Shown here: one piece after another, positions 46,750-56,308 of the stretch
Layout of the letters: each line of letters starts with the position of its first letter
How positions within the stretch are numbered: the stretch's first letter is position 1
The notes under the pieces: model-generated
Seen by the model: only the letters and a program-made list of their open reading frames with translations
Told to the model about the DNA's origin: nothing
Database searches by the model: none
Made by a program: the position numbers and the translations under genes
Source of the DNA: a phage
DNA: 64,000 nucleotides
Assembly (NCBI GenBank): GCA_033759635.1
Contig: GCA_033759635.1_4528.1
Direction: 5' to 3' (one strand)

Positions 46750-48434
46750 AATCATTTAAATTAAATCGTGTTCGTTATCAAAACATCATGTCGGTAGGTG
46801 GGAATCCTATTGATATCCAATTAGATAAAGTCCAAAAGACATTAATCACCGGTAAAAATGGCGGTGGTAAATCTACGATGTTAGAAGCCATCACTTTCGG
46901 ACTTTTCGGTAAACCATTTCGTGATGTTAAGAAAGGACAAATCATTAATAGCACGAACAAGAAAGAGCTCTTAGTTGAGCTTTGGATGGAATTCGATGAT
47001 AAAAAATACTTCATTAAACGTGGCCAAAAGCCCAATATTTTCGAAATCTCCGTTGACGGTGTTCGTCTTGATGAATCTGCCAGCAGTCGTGACTTCCAAG
47101 AAGAATTTGAACGTAGCATCGGAATGTCATACGCGTCTTTTAAACAGATCGTTGTGCTTGGGACGGCAGGGTATACCCCTTTCATGGCTCTTAGCACCCC
47201 TGCTCGCAGAAAACTTGTCGAAGACCTTTTAGAAGTTGGCACACTCGCTGAAATGGATAAAATCAATAAGTCTCAAGTTCGAGAACTTAATTCCCAGGGA
47301 CAAGTTCTCGATGCCAAGAAAGATGGTGTTATCCAACAAATTAAGATTTATAATGAGAATATCGAACGTCAAAAGAAATTATCTGGTGATAATGTAGCGC
47401 GTCTACAGAATATGTATGACGACCTAGCCAAAGAAGCTCGTTCATTAAAATCAGAAATTGAAGAAGCTAACGAGCGTCTACTTAATATCGTTCTTGACGA
47501 AGACCCTACTGAGGCATTCAACAAGATAGGACAAGAAGCATTCTTGATTAAATCTAAAATTGACTCATATAACAAAGTTATTAAGATGTATCATGATGGC
47601 GGTACATGTCCTACTTGTGCATCACAGTTGCACCAGGGTGATCCTATTGTCTCTAAGATTACCGATAAGCTTCATGAATGTAATCACTCATTCGAGCAAC
47701 TTACCTGTCACAGAGATAATCTGAGTGTCCTAGTGGACGAATATAGAGCTAATGTTAAGACTAAGCAGGACCTTGCATCTGATATTCGTACCAAGAAACA
47801 AGCAATGATTGCCACTATTGATAAAGCTAAGAAAGTTAAAGCTGCAATAGAGCAAGCCTCGGCAGAATTTATCGACCATGCCGATGAGATAGCTTTGCTT
47901 CAAAAAGAACTTGATAAAATCATTAAAACAAAATCAGATATCGTTCTTGAAAAATACCATCGTGGTATTATCACAGATATGTTAAAAGATTCTGGTATTA
48001 AAGGTGCTATCATTAAAAAATATGTGCCTCTGTTCAACAAGCAGATTAACCATTATCTTAAAATCATGGAAGCTGATTACGTGTTTTCTATTGATGAAGA
48101 ATTCAATGAATCTATAAAATCACGTGGCCGTGAAGAGTTCAGTTATGCTTCATTTAGTCAAGGTGAAAAGGCACGTATCGATATCGCATTGTTGTTTACA
48201 TGGCGAGATATTGCTGAAAAAGTCTCTGGTGTTAGAATCAATACATTAATTATGGACGAAGTCATGGATTCCGCGACTGATTCTGAAGGTATTAAAGCTA
48301 TTTCAACAATTCTTAACTCTCTAACCGATGCAAACGTGTTTATAATTAGTCACAGAGACCATGACCCACAAGCTTATGGACAACATCTTCAAATGAGCAA
48401 AGTTGGACGATTTACTGTGATGACTGTTTCATAA
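46746..48434 (+). CDS. 46: recombination endonuclease subunit gp46 (Rad50/SbcC-like ATPase)
   Basis: Walker A GKNGGGKST, central coiled coil with CPTC zinc hook, signature SQGEKARIDIAL, Walker B LIMDEV; 562 aa. Confidence 0.9.
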   Translation: MKSFKLNRVRYQNIMSVGGNPIDIQLDKVQKTLITGKNGGGKSTMLEAITFGLFGKPFRDVKKGQIINSTNKKELLVELWMEFDDKKYFIKRGQKPNIFEISVDGVRLDESASSRDFQEEFERSIGMSYASFKQIVVLGTAGYTPFMALSTPARRKLVEDLLEVGTLAEMDKINKSQVRELNSQGQVLDAKKDGVIQQIKIYNENIERQKKLSGDNVARLQNMYDDLAKEARSLKSEIEEANERLLNIVLDEDPTEAFNKIGQEAFLIKSKIDSYNKVIKMYHDGGTCPTCASQLHQGDPIVSKITDKLHECNHSFEQLTCHRDNLSVLVDEYRANVKTKQDLASDIRTKKQAMIATIDKAKKVKAAIEQASAEFIDHADEIALLQKELDKIIKTKSDIVLEKYHRGIITDMLKDSGIKGAIIKKYVPLFNKQINHYLKIMEADYVFSIDEEFNESIKSRGREEFSYASFSQGEKARIDIALLFTWRDIAEKVSGVRINTLIMDEVMDSATDSEGIKAISTILNSLTDANVFIISHRDHDPQAYGQHLQMSKVGRFTVMTVS

Positions 48435-48469
48435 ACGCTTTAACACGATGTGGTTATAATGACCACATC
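48435..48469 (+). promoter_or_regulatory. middle-type promoter (GCTTTA box) with stem-loop
   Basis: aacGCTTTAac then GATGTGGT-TATAAT-GACCACATC. Confidence 0.45.
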
Positions 48470-48488
48470 AAATTAAATGGAGAACAAC

Positions 48489-48677
48489 ATGGAGTATTCA
48501 ACCGGACAACATCTTCTCGTTGTCCCTGAAATTAAAAAATATGTTTTGACCAATACGTTTTCAGGTGAAGAACATATTGTTACTGAACAAATGCTCAAAT
48601 CTGCTTTTAAAGATGAGTATAATAAAATAATGTCTAATCGCAATTCCGCATGGACAGTTACTGACTTCTACGAATAA
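48489..48677 (+). CDS. hypothetical protein
   Basis: ORF 48477..48677 trimmed to the Met with GGAG RBS (MEYSTGQHLL...). Confidence 0.45.
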   Translation: MEYSTGQHLLVVPEIKKYVLTNTFSGEEHIVTEQMLKSAFKDEYNKIMSNRNSAWTVTDFYE

Positions 48678-48689
48678 GAGAGAAATAAT

Positions 48690-49106
48690 ATGTTTACTAC
48701 TGCTAAAGGTTTCACTGCTGCTGATCTGAAAGTTACTTCTATCCGTACTGACGCTAACCCGCATAACCATAATCGTGTTCGTAAAGCATGGGTCCTGCAT
48801 TGTGATGACGCAAGTGCTAAAAAGCTTCAATCTTTGCCACAAGAAACTCGTTTTATGATTTATGGTTTTATTGATAACGATGTATCTGATATGTGGATTC
48901 ATCTGATGCGTAAGCACTATAAAGATTCTATTGAAGCCGGCGGGAAAATCGTTCTTGATAAAGACGGTTCTGAGCGTCTAGAAGATTTCTATTGTGTTGA
49001 TGCCGACGAACAACTAATCGCAGCCGGCGAAATTGTTGCTTCTAAAATTCCAGAATATATTGAATCACTGCCTGAAGCTATTAAAAAGCAGATGGTTGCT
49101 GCTTGA
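48690..49106 (+). CDS. hypothetical protein in rpbA position
   Basis: 138 aa; sits between gene 46 and gene 45 where T4 has rpbA; no motif checked. Confidence 0.35.
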   Translation: MFTTAKGFTAADLKVTSIRTDANPHNHNRVRKAWVLHCDDASAKKLQSLPQETRFMIYGFIDNDVSDMWIHLMRKHYKDSIEAGGKIVLDKDGSERLEDFYCVDADEQLIAAGEIVASKIPEYIESLPEAIKKQMVAA

Positions 49107-50001
49107 TAATTATGAATTTAATATATCTTATAACCTTTTATAATCGTGAGATTAAAAATGAATACCCTTGTTATTATATAGGTTCTAAAGTTTCGTGTCA
49201 TTTTAATGGAAAGGATATTATTGAAGATTCTACCGGTAAAATATATACCGGTAGTGTTAATTCCTCGTATTCTCCTTTATATAACAGATTAATAGACCAA
49301 GGCGAATATTCTGTAAAATTTTAGGCGAAACCACATTAGACCCTAGAAGAATAGAAAGACTATTCCAACTCAATGTTAAAGCCGTTTCAAATGAAAAATA
49401 TTTTAATAAGGCTTATGCTAACGAGAAGTCTAGAATATCAGCTAAAGGATATGCACCGTATAAAAATTTAAAAACAGGCAAAATAGTAAAACTTTCTAAA
49501 AACGAAATAAACGAAGATTACGTCGGTGTTAGAAAAAATTGCAAATTGTCGGAGAATCATTTAAACGCAATTAGAGAATTTCAAAAAACATATTGGACCA
49601 AAGAACGAAGAGAGAAAGTTTCTATTCGTTCTAAAAAAATGTTTAGCGATAGAGATTTTGCTTTAAAATTTAAAGATATAATGAATTCTCCTAATGTTAA
49701 AGATAAAATAAAAATATCTAAAACATTGTATTGGTCTAAACCTGAAAATAGAGCAAAGGCCTCTATCGCAGCTTCGAAAAGAAATGCAACCAAAGAATTT
49801 AAGGATAAATTCAGAAAATCTAAAGCTAGAGGTACATGGATATTTCATGAACAAAAATTAAAGGAATTGTGGATTGCTTTAGGAAAACCAAGTTATATTA
49901 CATTTAGAAAACATGCAATTCAGCATGGTTTTAATGATGAATCATACCAAGGTGCTATCCGGTCTTGGACAAATTATTATGCTAATAGGAAACCTAAATG
50001 A
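49103..50001 (+). mobile_element. free-standing GIY-YIG homing endonuclease gene (seg-like), split by a frameshift
   Basis: ORF 49103..49324 carries the GIY-YIG N-terminus (LIYLITF...YYIGS); a second frame is open from about 49285 to 50001 and carries repeated basic S/K motifs (REKVSIRSKK, RAKASIAASKR) typical of homing-endonuclease DNA-binding tails; locally AT-rich; lies between gene 46 and gene 45. Confidence 0.5.
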
Positions 50002-50684
50002 AACTTAGTCGTGAAACCGTAAATATTCTGAAAAACTTCGCTTCTATTAACTCTGGCATTCTGCTGAGTCAAGGTAAATTTATTATGACTCGTGCAGTTA
50101 ATGGCACCACTTATGCGGAAGCAAATATCTCTGATGAAATTGATTTTGACGTAGCACTTTATGATTTGAATAGCTTCTTAAGCATTTTGAGTCTAGTGTC
50201 TGACGATGCTGAAATTTCAATGCACACTGATGGTAATATTAAAATTGCAGATACACGTTCCACAGTTTATTGGCCTGCCGCTGACAAGAGCACCATTGTT
50301 TTTCCTAATAAGCCAATTCAATTCCCAGTGGCTTCTGTGATTACTGAAATTAAAGCCGAAGACCTTCAACAATTGCTTCGAGTTTCACGTGGTCTCCAAA
50401 TTGATACAATTGCTATTACAAATAAAGATGGTAAAATTGTTATCAATGGTTACAATAAAGTTGAAGATTCTGGCTTGACTCGTCCTAAGTATTCTTTGAC
50501 TCTTACCGATTATGATGGTTCTAACAACTTTAACTTCGTAATCAATATGGCTAATATGAAAATCCAGCCAGGTAACTATAAAGTAATGCTGTGGGGAGCT
50601 GGTGATAAAGTTGCAGCCAAGTTTGAAAGCTCTCAAGTAAGTTATGTTATTGCAATGGAAGCCGATTCTACTCACGACTTCTAA
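49998..50684 (+). CDS. 45: sliding clamp gp45
   Basis: 228 aa, identical in length to T4 gp45; synteny 45-44-62-regA-43. Confidence 0.9.
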   Translation: MKLSRETVNILKNFASINSGILLSQGKFIMTRAVNGTTYAEANISDEIDFDVALYDLNSFLSILSLVSDDAEISMHTDGNIKIADTRSTVYWPAADKSTIVFPNKPIQFPVASVITEIKAEDLQQLLRVSRGLQIDTIAITNKDGKIVINGYNKVEDSGLTRPKYSLTLTDYDGSNNFNFVINMANMKIQPGNYKVMLWGAGDKVAAKFESSQVSYVIAMEADSTHDF

Positions 50685-50759
50685 GTCAAAGCTTTACGTT
50701 TAATGTAGTACGATTATGGAGGAGAAATCCTCCAGATTAATGATAATGAGGAAAATTAC

Positions 50760-51722
50760 ATGATTACTATCAATTCCAAAGAACACATTCTAGAACAGAA
50801 ATATCGTCCTTCTTCCATTGACGAATGTATTCTGCCTGCGTATGACCATGAAACATTCAAGTCTTTAGTATCTAAAGGAAAACTTCCTCATATTATTTTA
50901 CACTCTCCATCTCCTGGTACAGGTAAAACAACCGTAGCAAAAGCATTATGTAATGATATCAATGCCGAAATGATGTTCGTCAACGGTTCTGATTGTAAGA
51001 TTGATTTTGTGCGTGGTCCGTTAACTGCATTCGCTCGTTCAGTCTCAATGGAAGGCAAGCCTAAAGTTATTGTTATTGATGAATTTGACCGTAGTGGCCT
51101 CGCCGAATCACAACGTCACCTTCGTACATTCATGGAAGAATTCTCTAGTAACTGCTCTATTATTATCACTGCTAACAATATTGATGGAATTATTGAACCA
51201 TTACGTAGCCGTTGTCGAGTTATCGAATTCGGACGTCCGACTGAAGAAGATAAAATCTCGATGATGAAGAAAATGATTCATCGTATGGTTGAAATCTGTA
51301 AGAACGAAAATATCGAAATCGCTGATATGAAAGTTGTTGCAGCTCTGGTTAAAAAGAATTTCCCGGACTTTCGTCGTACAATTGGCCAATTAGACCAGTA
51401 CTCGTCTAAAGGTGTTCTTGATGCAGGTATTCTGTCTATCGTAACTAATGACCGTGGCACAGTCTCTGATGTTATCGAAGCAATGAAGAACAAAAATATC
51501 AAACAGCTTCGTGCATTAGCTCCAAAATATGCTGCAGATTATTCATGGTTCATCGATAAATTAGTTTCAGAATGTTACGACCAAGTTGCACCTGGTAAAA
51601 GTATTATTTCGCTTTACGAAATTGCAGGCGAAAATAATAAGTTTCATGGACTAGCAAGTAATATTGAATTACATGTTATGTATATGCTTCTTCAACTGAC
51701 CTGTGAACTGACTTGGAAATAA
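50760..51722 (+). CDS. 44: clamp loader large subunit gp44 (AAA+)
   Basis: Walker [11 protein letters not shown], Walker B VIVIDEFD, sensor SRC; 320 aa. Confidence 0.9.
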   Translation: MITINSKEHILEQKYRPSSIDECILPAYDHETFKSLVSKGKLPHIILHSPSPGTGKTTVAKALCNDINAEMMFVNGSDCKIDFVRGPLTAFARSVSMEGKPKVIVIDEFDRSGLAESQRHLRTFMEEFSSNCSIIITANNIDGIIEPLRSRCRVIEFGRPTEEDKISMMKKMIHRMVEICKNENIEIADMKVVAALVKKNFPDFRRTIGQLDQYSSKGVLDAGILSIVTNDRGTVSDVIEAMKNKNIKQLRALAPKYAADYSWFIDKLVSECYDQVAPGKSIISLYEIAGENNKFHGLASNIELHVMYMLLQLTCELTWK

Positions 51723-51723
51723 T

Positions 51724-52287
51724 ATGAACTTATTCGATGATGACGTCCAGCTTAACGAGCACCAAATTGCATGGAAGTCTAATGACGCTGATGCGATTCA
51801 AAAATGTGCTGATATGTTTAAAGAAAAACCTGAGAATGAATTCTTTAAAATCATTAATGCTATTAATGAAAAGAAATCTATGTCAATTGCTCAGGTCGAC
51901 TACTCAAAATTTATGGTTGAGAACTCATTATCCCAGTTCCCAGAATGTATGCCAGCCGTTTACATGATGAACTTAGTCGGTTCTGAATTAAGTGATGAAG
52001 CGCACTTCAACTATATGATGGCGGCAATTCCACGTGGTCGTCGATTCTCTAAATGGGCTAAACTAGTCGAAGACACTTCAGAGTTACTAGTTATCAAACT
52101 GTTGATGAAACATTACACAATCAACATGAACGATGCTACCGAGTATAAGCGGCTCCTTGAAAAAAATAACAAGTTGCCAATAGTCCTTAAAGAACTGAAG
52201 GCCATGGTCACTGATGAATTTCTCAAAGAAGTTACTAAAAACGTAAAAGAACAAAAACAATTTAAAAAATTAGCATTGGAATGGTAA
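51724..52287 (+). CDS. 62: clamp loader small subunit gp62
   Basis: 187 aa immediately after gene 44, as in T4. Confidence 0.8.
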   Translation: MNLFDDDVQLNEHQIAWKSNDADAIQKCADMFKEKPENEFFKIINAINEKKSMSIAQVDYSKFMVENSLSQFPECMPAVYMMNLVGSELSDEAHFNYMMAAIPRGRRFSKWAKLVEDTSELLVIKLLMKHYTINMNDATEYKRLLEKNNKLPIVLKELKAMVTDEFLKEVTKNVKEQKQFKKLALEW

Positions 52288-52289
52288 AA

Positions 52290-52658
52290 ATGATTGAAAT
52301 TAAATTGAAGAACCCTGAAGATTTTCTTAAAGTCAAAGAGACTTTGACCCGTATGGGCATCGCTAATAACAAAGATAAAGTCCTTTACCAGTCTTGTCAT
52401 ATCCTCCAAAAGCAAGGTAAATATTACATCGTCCACTTTAAAGAAATGCTGCGTATGGACGGGCGTCAGGTTGATATTGATGGTGAAGACTATCAGCGAC
52501 GTGATTCGATTGCTCAGTTGCTTGAAGACTGGGGATTAATTGTTATTGAAGACTCTGCTCGTGAAGATCTGTTTGGCCTGACTAATAACTTCCGTGTTAT
52601 CTCTTTTAAACAGAAAGATGACTGGACTTTGAAAGCAAAATATACAATTGGTAATTAA
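52290..52658 (+). CDS. regA: translational repressor RegA
   Basis: ORF 52281..52658 trimmed to MIEIKLKNPEDFLKVKETLTRMGIANNK...; 122 aa as T4 RegA. Confidence 0.85.
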   Translation: MIEIKLKNPEDFLKVKETLTRMGIANNKDKVLYQSCHILQKQGKYYIVHFKEMLRMDGRQVDIDGEDYQRRDSIAQLLEDWGLIVIEDSAREDLFGLTNNFRVISFKQKDDWTLKAKYTIGN

Positions 52659-52663
52659 AGCAA

Positions 52664-52683
52664 TGGGACTTCGGTCCCATTTG
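52664..52683 (+). terminator. UUCG-tetraloop hairpin (terminator-like) overlapping the gene 43 promoter region
   Basis: TGGGAC-ttcg-GTCCCA followed by TTT and GGAGTATAAT. Confidence 0.4.
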
Positions 52684-52739
52684 GAGTATAATAATTTCAT
52701 CAACAAACAAAAGACAATAACTCGTCTAAAGGAAATTAA

Positions 52740-55451
52740 ATGAAAGAATTTTACTTAACGGTTGAACAGATTGGTGATTCAATTTTTGAACGTTACATCG
52801 ATTCTAATGGCCGTGAACGTACTCGTGAAGTAGAATATAAACCATCACTGTTTGCTCATTGTCCAGAAAGTCAGGCTACGAAATATTTCGATATCTACGG
52901 TAAGCCGTGTACTCGTAAGTTGTTCGCTAATATGCGTGATGCCTCCCAATGGATTAAACGCATGGAAGATATAGGACTTGAAGCACTTGGCATGGACGAT
53001 TTCAAATTGGCGTATTTGTCTGACACTTATAACTATGAAATCAAATACGACCATACAAAAATTCGTGTGGCTAACTTCGACATCGAAGTAACATCTCCGG
53101 ATGGGTTCCCTGAGCCGTCACAAGCAAAACATCCGATTGATGCTATCACCCATTATGACTCAATTGACGACAGGTTCTACGTATTTGATCTATTGAATTC
53201 TCCGTATGGTAATGTAGAAGAATGGTCTATCGAAATTGCGGCTAAGCTTCAAGAACAAGGTGGTGATGAAGTTCCATCCGAAATTATCGATAAAATCATT
53301 TATATGCCGTTCGATAACGAAAAAGAATTGTTGATGGAATATCTCAACTTCTGGCAACAGAAAACTCCTGTCATTTTGACTGGATGGAACGTTGAGTCAT
53401 TTGATATTCCATATGTGTATAACCGAATCAAGAATATTTTTGGCGAATCTACTGCGAAACGTTTATCACCACATCGTAAAACTCGTGTTAAAGTTATCGA
53501 AAACATGTATGGTTCTCGTGAAATCATTACATTGTTCGGTATCTCTGTTCTTGATTACATTGACCTTTACAAAAAATTCTCTTTTACCAATCAACCGTCG
53601 TATTCTCTGGATTACATTTCAGAATTTGAATTGAACGTTGGTAAACTGAAATATGACGGCCCTATTTCTAAGCTTCGTGAAAGCAATCACCAACGATATA
53701 TTTCTTATAACATTATCGACGTGTATCGTGTATTGCAAATTGATGCTAAGCGTCAGTTCATCAACTTGAGTTTGGACATGGGTTATTATGCTAAGATACA
53801 GATTCAATCTGTGTTTAGCCCAATTAAAACATGGGATGCTATTATTTTTAATAGCCTTAAAGAGCAGAACAAGGTGATTCCACAAGGTCGTTCTCACCCG
53901 GTTCAACCTTATCCTGGCGCTTTTGTTAAGGAACCTATTCCAAATCGATACAAATATGTAATGAGTTTCGACCTTACATCTCTGTATCCAAGTATTATTC
54001 GCCAAGTGAATATTAGCCCGGAAACAATAGCAGGAACGTTTAAAGTAGCTCCATTGCATGATTATATTAACGCAATCGCTGAACGTCCTTCAGATGTGTA
54101 CAGCTGCTCTCCTAATGGCATGATGTATTATAAAGACCGTGATGGTGTAGTTCCAACTGAAATCACTAAGGTCTTTAATCAACGTAAAGAACATAAAGGT
54201 TATATGCTTGCGGCTCAACGTAATGGTGAAATAATTAAAGAGGCATTGCATAATCCTAATCTTTCTGTTGACGAACCATTAGATGTTGATTATCGTTTCG
54301 ACTTCAGTGATGAGATTAAAGAAAAGATTAAAAAGTTGTCTGCTAAATCTCTTAATGAAATGTTGTTTAGAGCTCAACGTACTGAAGTTGCAGGTATGAC
54401 TGCACAGATTAACCGTAAATTGCTCATCAACTCGCTTTATGGTGCACTTGGAAACGTTTGGTTCCGTTATTATGATTTGCGTAATGCTACTGCAATCACA
54501 ACATTCGGGCAAATGGCTTTACAGTGGATTGAACGTAAAGTTAATGAATATCTGAATGAAGTTTGTGGTACAGAAGGTGAAGCTTTCGTTCTTTATGGTG
54601 ATACAGACTCTATTTACGTATCTGCTGATAAAATTATCGATAAGGTTGGTGAATCTAAATTCCGTGATACCAACCATTGGGTAGACTTCTTAGATAAGTT
54701 CGCACGTGAACGTATGGAACCGGCTATTGATAGAGGTTTCCGTGAAATGTGTGAATACATGAATAATAAGCAACATTTGATGTTCATGGACCGAGAAGCT
54801 ATCGCTGGTCCTCCGCTCGGTTCTAAAGGTATTGGTGGATTCTGGACTGGTAAGAAACGTTATGCATTAAACGTGTGGGATATGGAAGGAACCAGATACG
54901 CTGAGCCTAAACTTAAAATCATGGGTCTAGAGACTCAGAAATCTTCGACCCCTAAAGCAGTACAGAAAGCTCTTAAAGAATGTATTCGTCGTATGCTTCA
55001 AGAAGGTGAAGAATCATTACAAGAATATTTTAAAGAGTTTGAAAAAGAATTCCGTCAATTGAATTATATTAGCATCGCGTCGGTATCTTCTGCGAATAAC
55101 ATTGCTAAATATGATGTAGGTGGATTCCCTGGTCCCAAATGCCCGTTCCATATTCGTGGAATTCTGACATATAACCGAGCTATCAAAGGTAATATTGATG
55201 CTCCACAAGTTGTAGAAGGTGAAAAAGTATACGTTCTGCCTTTACGTGATGGAAACCCGTTCGGTGATAAATGTATCGCATGGCCTTCTGGTACGGAAAT
55301 CACCGATTTAATCAAAGATGATGTACTTCATTGGATGGACTATACTGTTCTCCTTGAGAAGACATTTATTAAACCACTTGAAGGATTCACAACAGCAGCT
55401 AAACTCGATTACGAGAAGAAAGCATCTCTGTTCGATATGTTTGATTTTTGA
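52740..55451 (+). CDS. 43: DNA polymerase gp43 (family B)
   Basis: 903 aa; exonuclease motifs (FDIEV), polymerase motifs (DxxSLYPS, KxxxNSxYG, YGDTDS). Confidence 0.95.
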   Translation: MKEFYLTVEQIGDSIFERYIDSNGRERTREVEYKPSLFAHCPESQATKYFDIYGKPCTRKLFANMRDASQWIKRMEDIGLEALGMDDFKLAYLSDTYNYEIKYDHTKIRVANFDIEVTSPDGFPEPSQAKHPIDAITHYDSIDDRFYVFDLLNSPYGNVEEWSIEIAAKLQEQGGDEVPSEIIDKIIYMPFDNEKELLMEYLNFWQQKTPVILTGWNVESFDIPYVYNRIKNIFGESTAKRLSPHRKTRVKVIENMYGSREIITLFGISVLDYIDLYKKFSFTNQPSYSLDYISEFELNVGKLKYDGPISKLRESNHQRYISYNIIDVYRVLQIDAKRQFINLSLDMGYYAKIQIQSVFSPIKTWDAIIFNSLKEQNKVIPQGRSHPVQPYPGAFVKEPIPNRYKYVMSFDLTSLYPSIIRQVNISPETIAGTFKVAPLHDYINAIAERPSDVYSCSPNGMMYYKDRDGVVPTEITKVFNQRKEHKGYMLAAQRNGEIIKEALHNPNLSVDEPLDVDYRFDFSDEIKEKIKKLSAKSLNEMLFRAQRTEVAGMTAQINRKLLINSLYGALGNVWFRYYDLRNATAITTFGQMALQWIERKVNEYLNEVCGTEGEAFVLYGDTDSIYVSADKIIDKVGESKFRDTNHWVDFLDKFARERMEPAIDRGFREMCEYMNNKQHLMFMDREAIAGPPLGSKGIGGFWTGKKRYALNVWDMEGTRYAEPKLKIMGLETQKSSTPKAVQKALKECIRRMLQEGEESLQEYFKEFEKEFRQLNYISIASVSSANNIAKYDVGGFPGPKCPFHIRGILTYNRAIKGNIDAPQVVEGEKVYVLPLRDGNPFGDKCIAWPSGTEITDLIKDDVLHWMDYTVLLEKTFIKPLEGFTTAAKLDYEKKASLFDMFDF

Positions 55452-55491
55452 TATAATGCCAAGGACGGCCAACTAATTAAATGAGAGAAAT

Positions 55492-56127
55492 ATGAAAACT
55501 ACTCCTATTACTATCGCTATTGACGCAATCATAAAACAAGCTTCTTCTTTGGCCGCTATGGCCAAAGTAATTAGTCAAAACCCTGCTCGTTATAATGCTA
55601 TTCTAGAAACTCTTCGACGCCCAGGACTGAGTAATTATGAAAGTCGTGTAATTATTACAGGTGTCGGTAAGAATGCTAATATCGCAACTAAAGCTTCCGA
55701 GACTTTTGCTTCATTGGGTATTCCTAGCATGTATTTGAACACCGGGCATTATTCTCATGGTGACGCAGGATTTATTGCACCTAATGATGTATTAGTTCAC
55801 ATCAGTCGTTCTGGTAAGACTGAAGAAATGATAGGTGTTGCTAAACATCTTCGTATGATTCGTCCTCAGGTTAAACAGATTCTGTTACATTGTAACCCTG
55901 ACATTCCACAAGAATACGAAGCTCTTTTTGATTATACGTTCTGTACCGGTATCGCGGTAGAAGTTGACGAGAACTCTTTAGCTCCGACAATGTCCACTAC
56001 ATTGTTGTTAGCGCTTATCGATACGTTCGCTATCAACCTTTCGTCTGAACGTGGATTTACCTCTAATGATTTCCTTAAGTTCCATCCAGGCGGTGCACTA
56101 GGTGCCATGTTACGAGGCGAGCAATGA
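55492..56127 (+). CDS. SIS-domain sugar-phosphate isomerase (KdsD/KpsF-like arabinose-5-phosphate isomerase core, no CBS domains)
   Basis: VIITGVGKNANIATKASETFASLGIPSMYLNTGHYSHGDAGFIAPNDVLVHISRSGKTEEM and C-terminal LAPTMSTT...FHPGGALGAMLRG align by eye with the KdsD SIS domain. Confidence 0.7.
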   Translation: MKTTPITIAIDAIIKQASSLAAMAKVISQNPARYNAILETLRRPGLSNYESRVIITGVGKNANIATKASETFASLGIPSMYLNTGHYSHGDAGFIAPNDVLVHISRSGKTEEMIGVAKHLRMIRPQVKQILLHCNPDIPQEYEALFDYTFCTGIAVEVDENSLAPTMSTTLLLALIDTFAINLSSERGFTSNDFLKFHPGGALGAMLRGEQ

Positions 56128-56267
56128 AAGCAATAACAATAGGACTTTTACTATTGATGCTTGTCATGACTATCTACTGGAGCTTAACGGCTCCAGTAAT
56201 GATTCCGACTCTTATAATCGGATGGATTATGATTGGACTACAAGCAAAGTATGAATGCTTTAACTAG
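56124..56267 (+). CDS. small hydrophobic membrane protein (47 aa; possibly Imm-like)
   Basis: MKAITIGLLLLMLVMTIYWSLTAPVMIPTLIIGWIMIGL...; ATGA-coupled to the SIS gene; sits where T4 imm lies. Confidence 0.35.
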   Translation: MKAITIGLLLLMLVMTIYWSLTAPVMIPTLIIGWIMIGLQAKYECFN

Positions 56268-56308
56268 AATAGTGTACAATACTCCTACTTACCAATGAGG
56301 ACCACAAC

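Noticed and set aside
49546-50001. ORF 49546..50001 as an independent 151-aa protein.
   Set aside because: It starts with TTG, the frame is open about 260 nt further upstream without a start, and its content matches the C-terminal part of a homing endonuclease; treated as the distal part of a split mobile-element gene.
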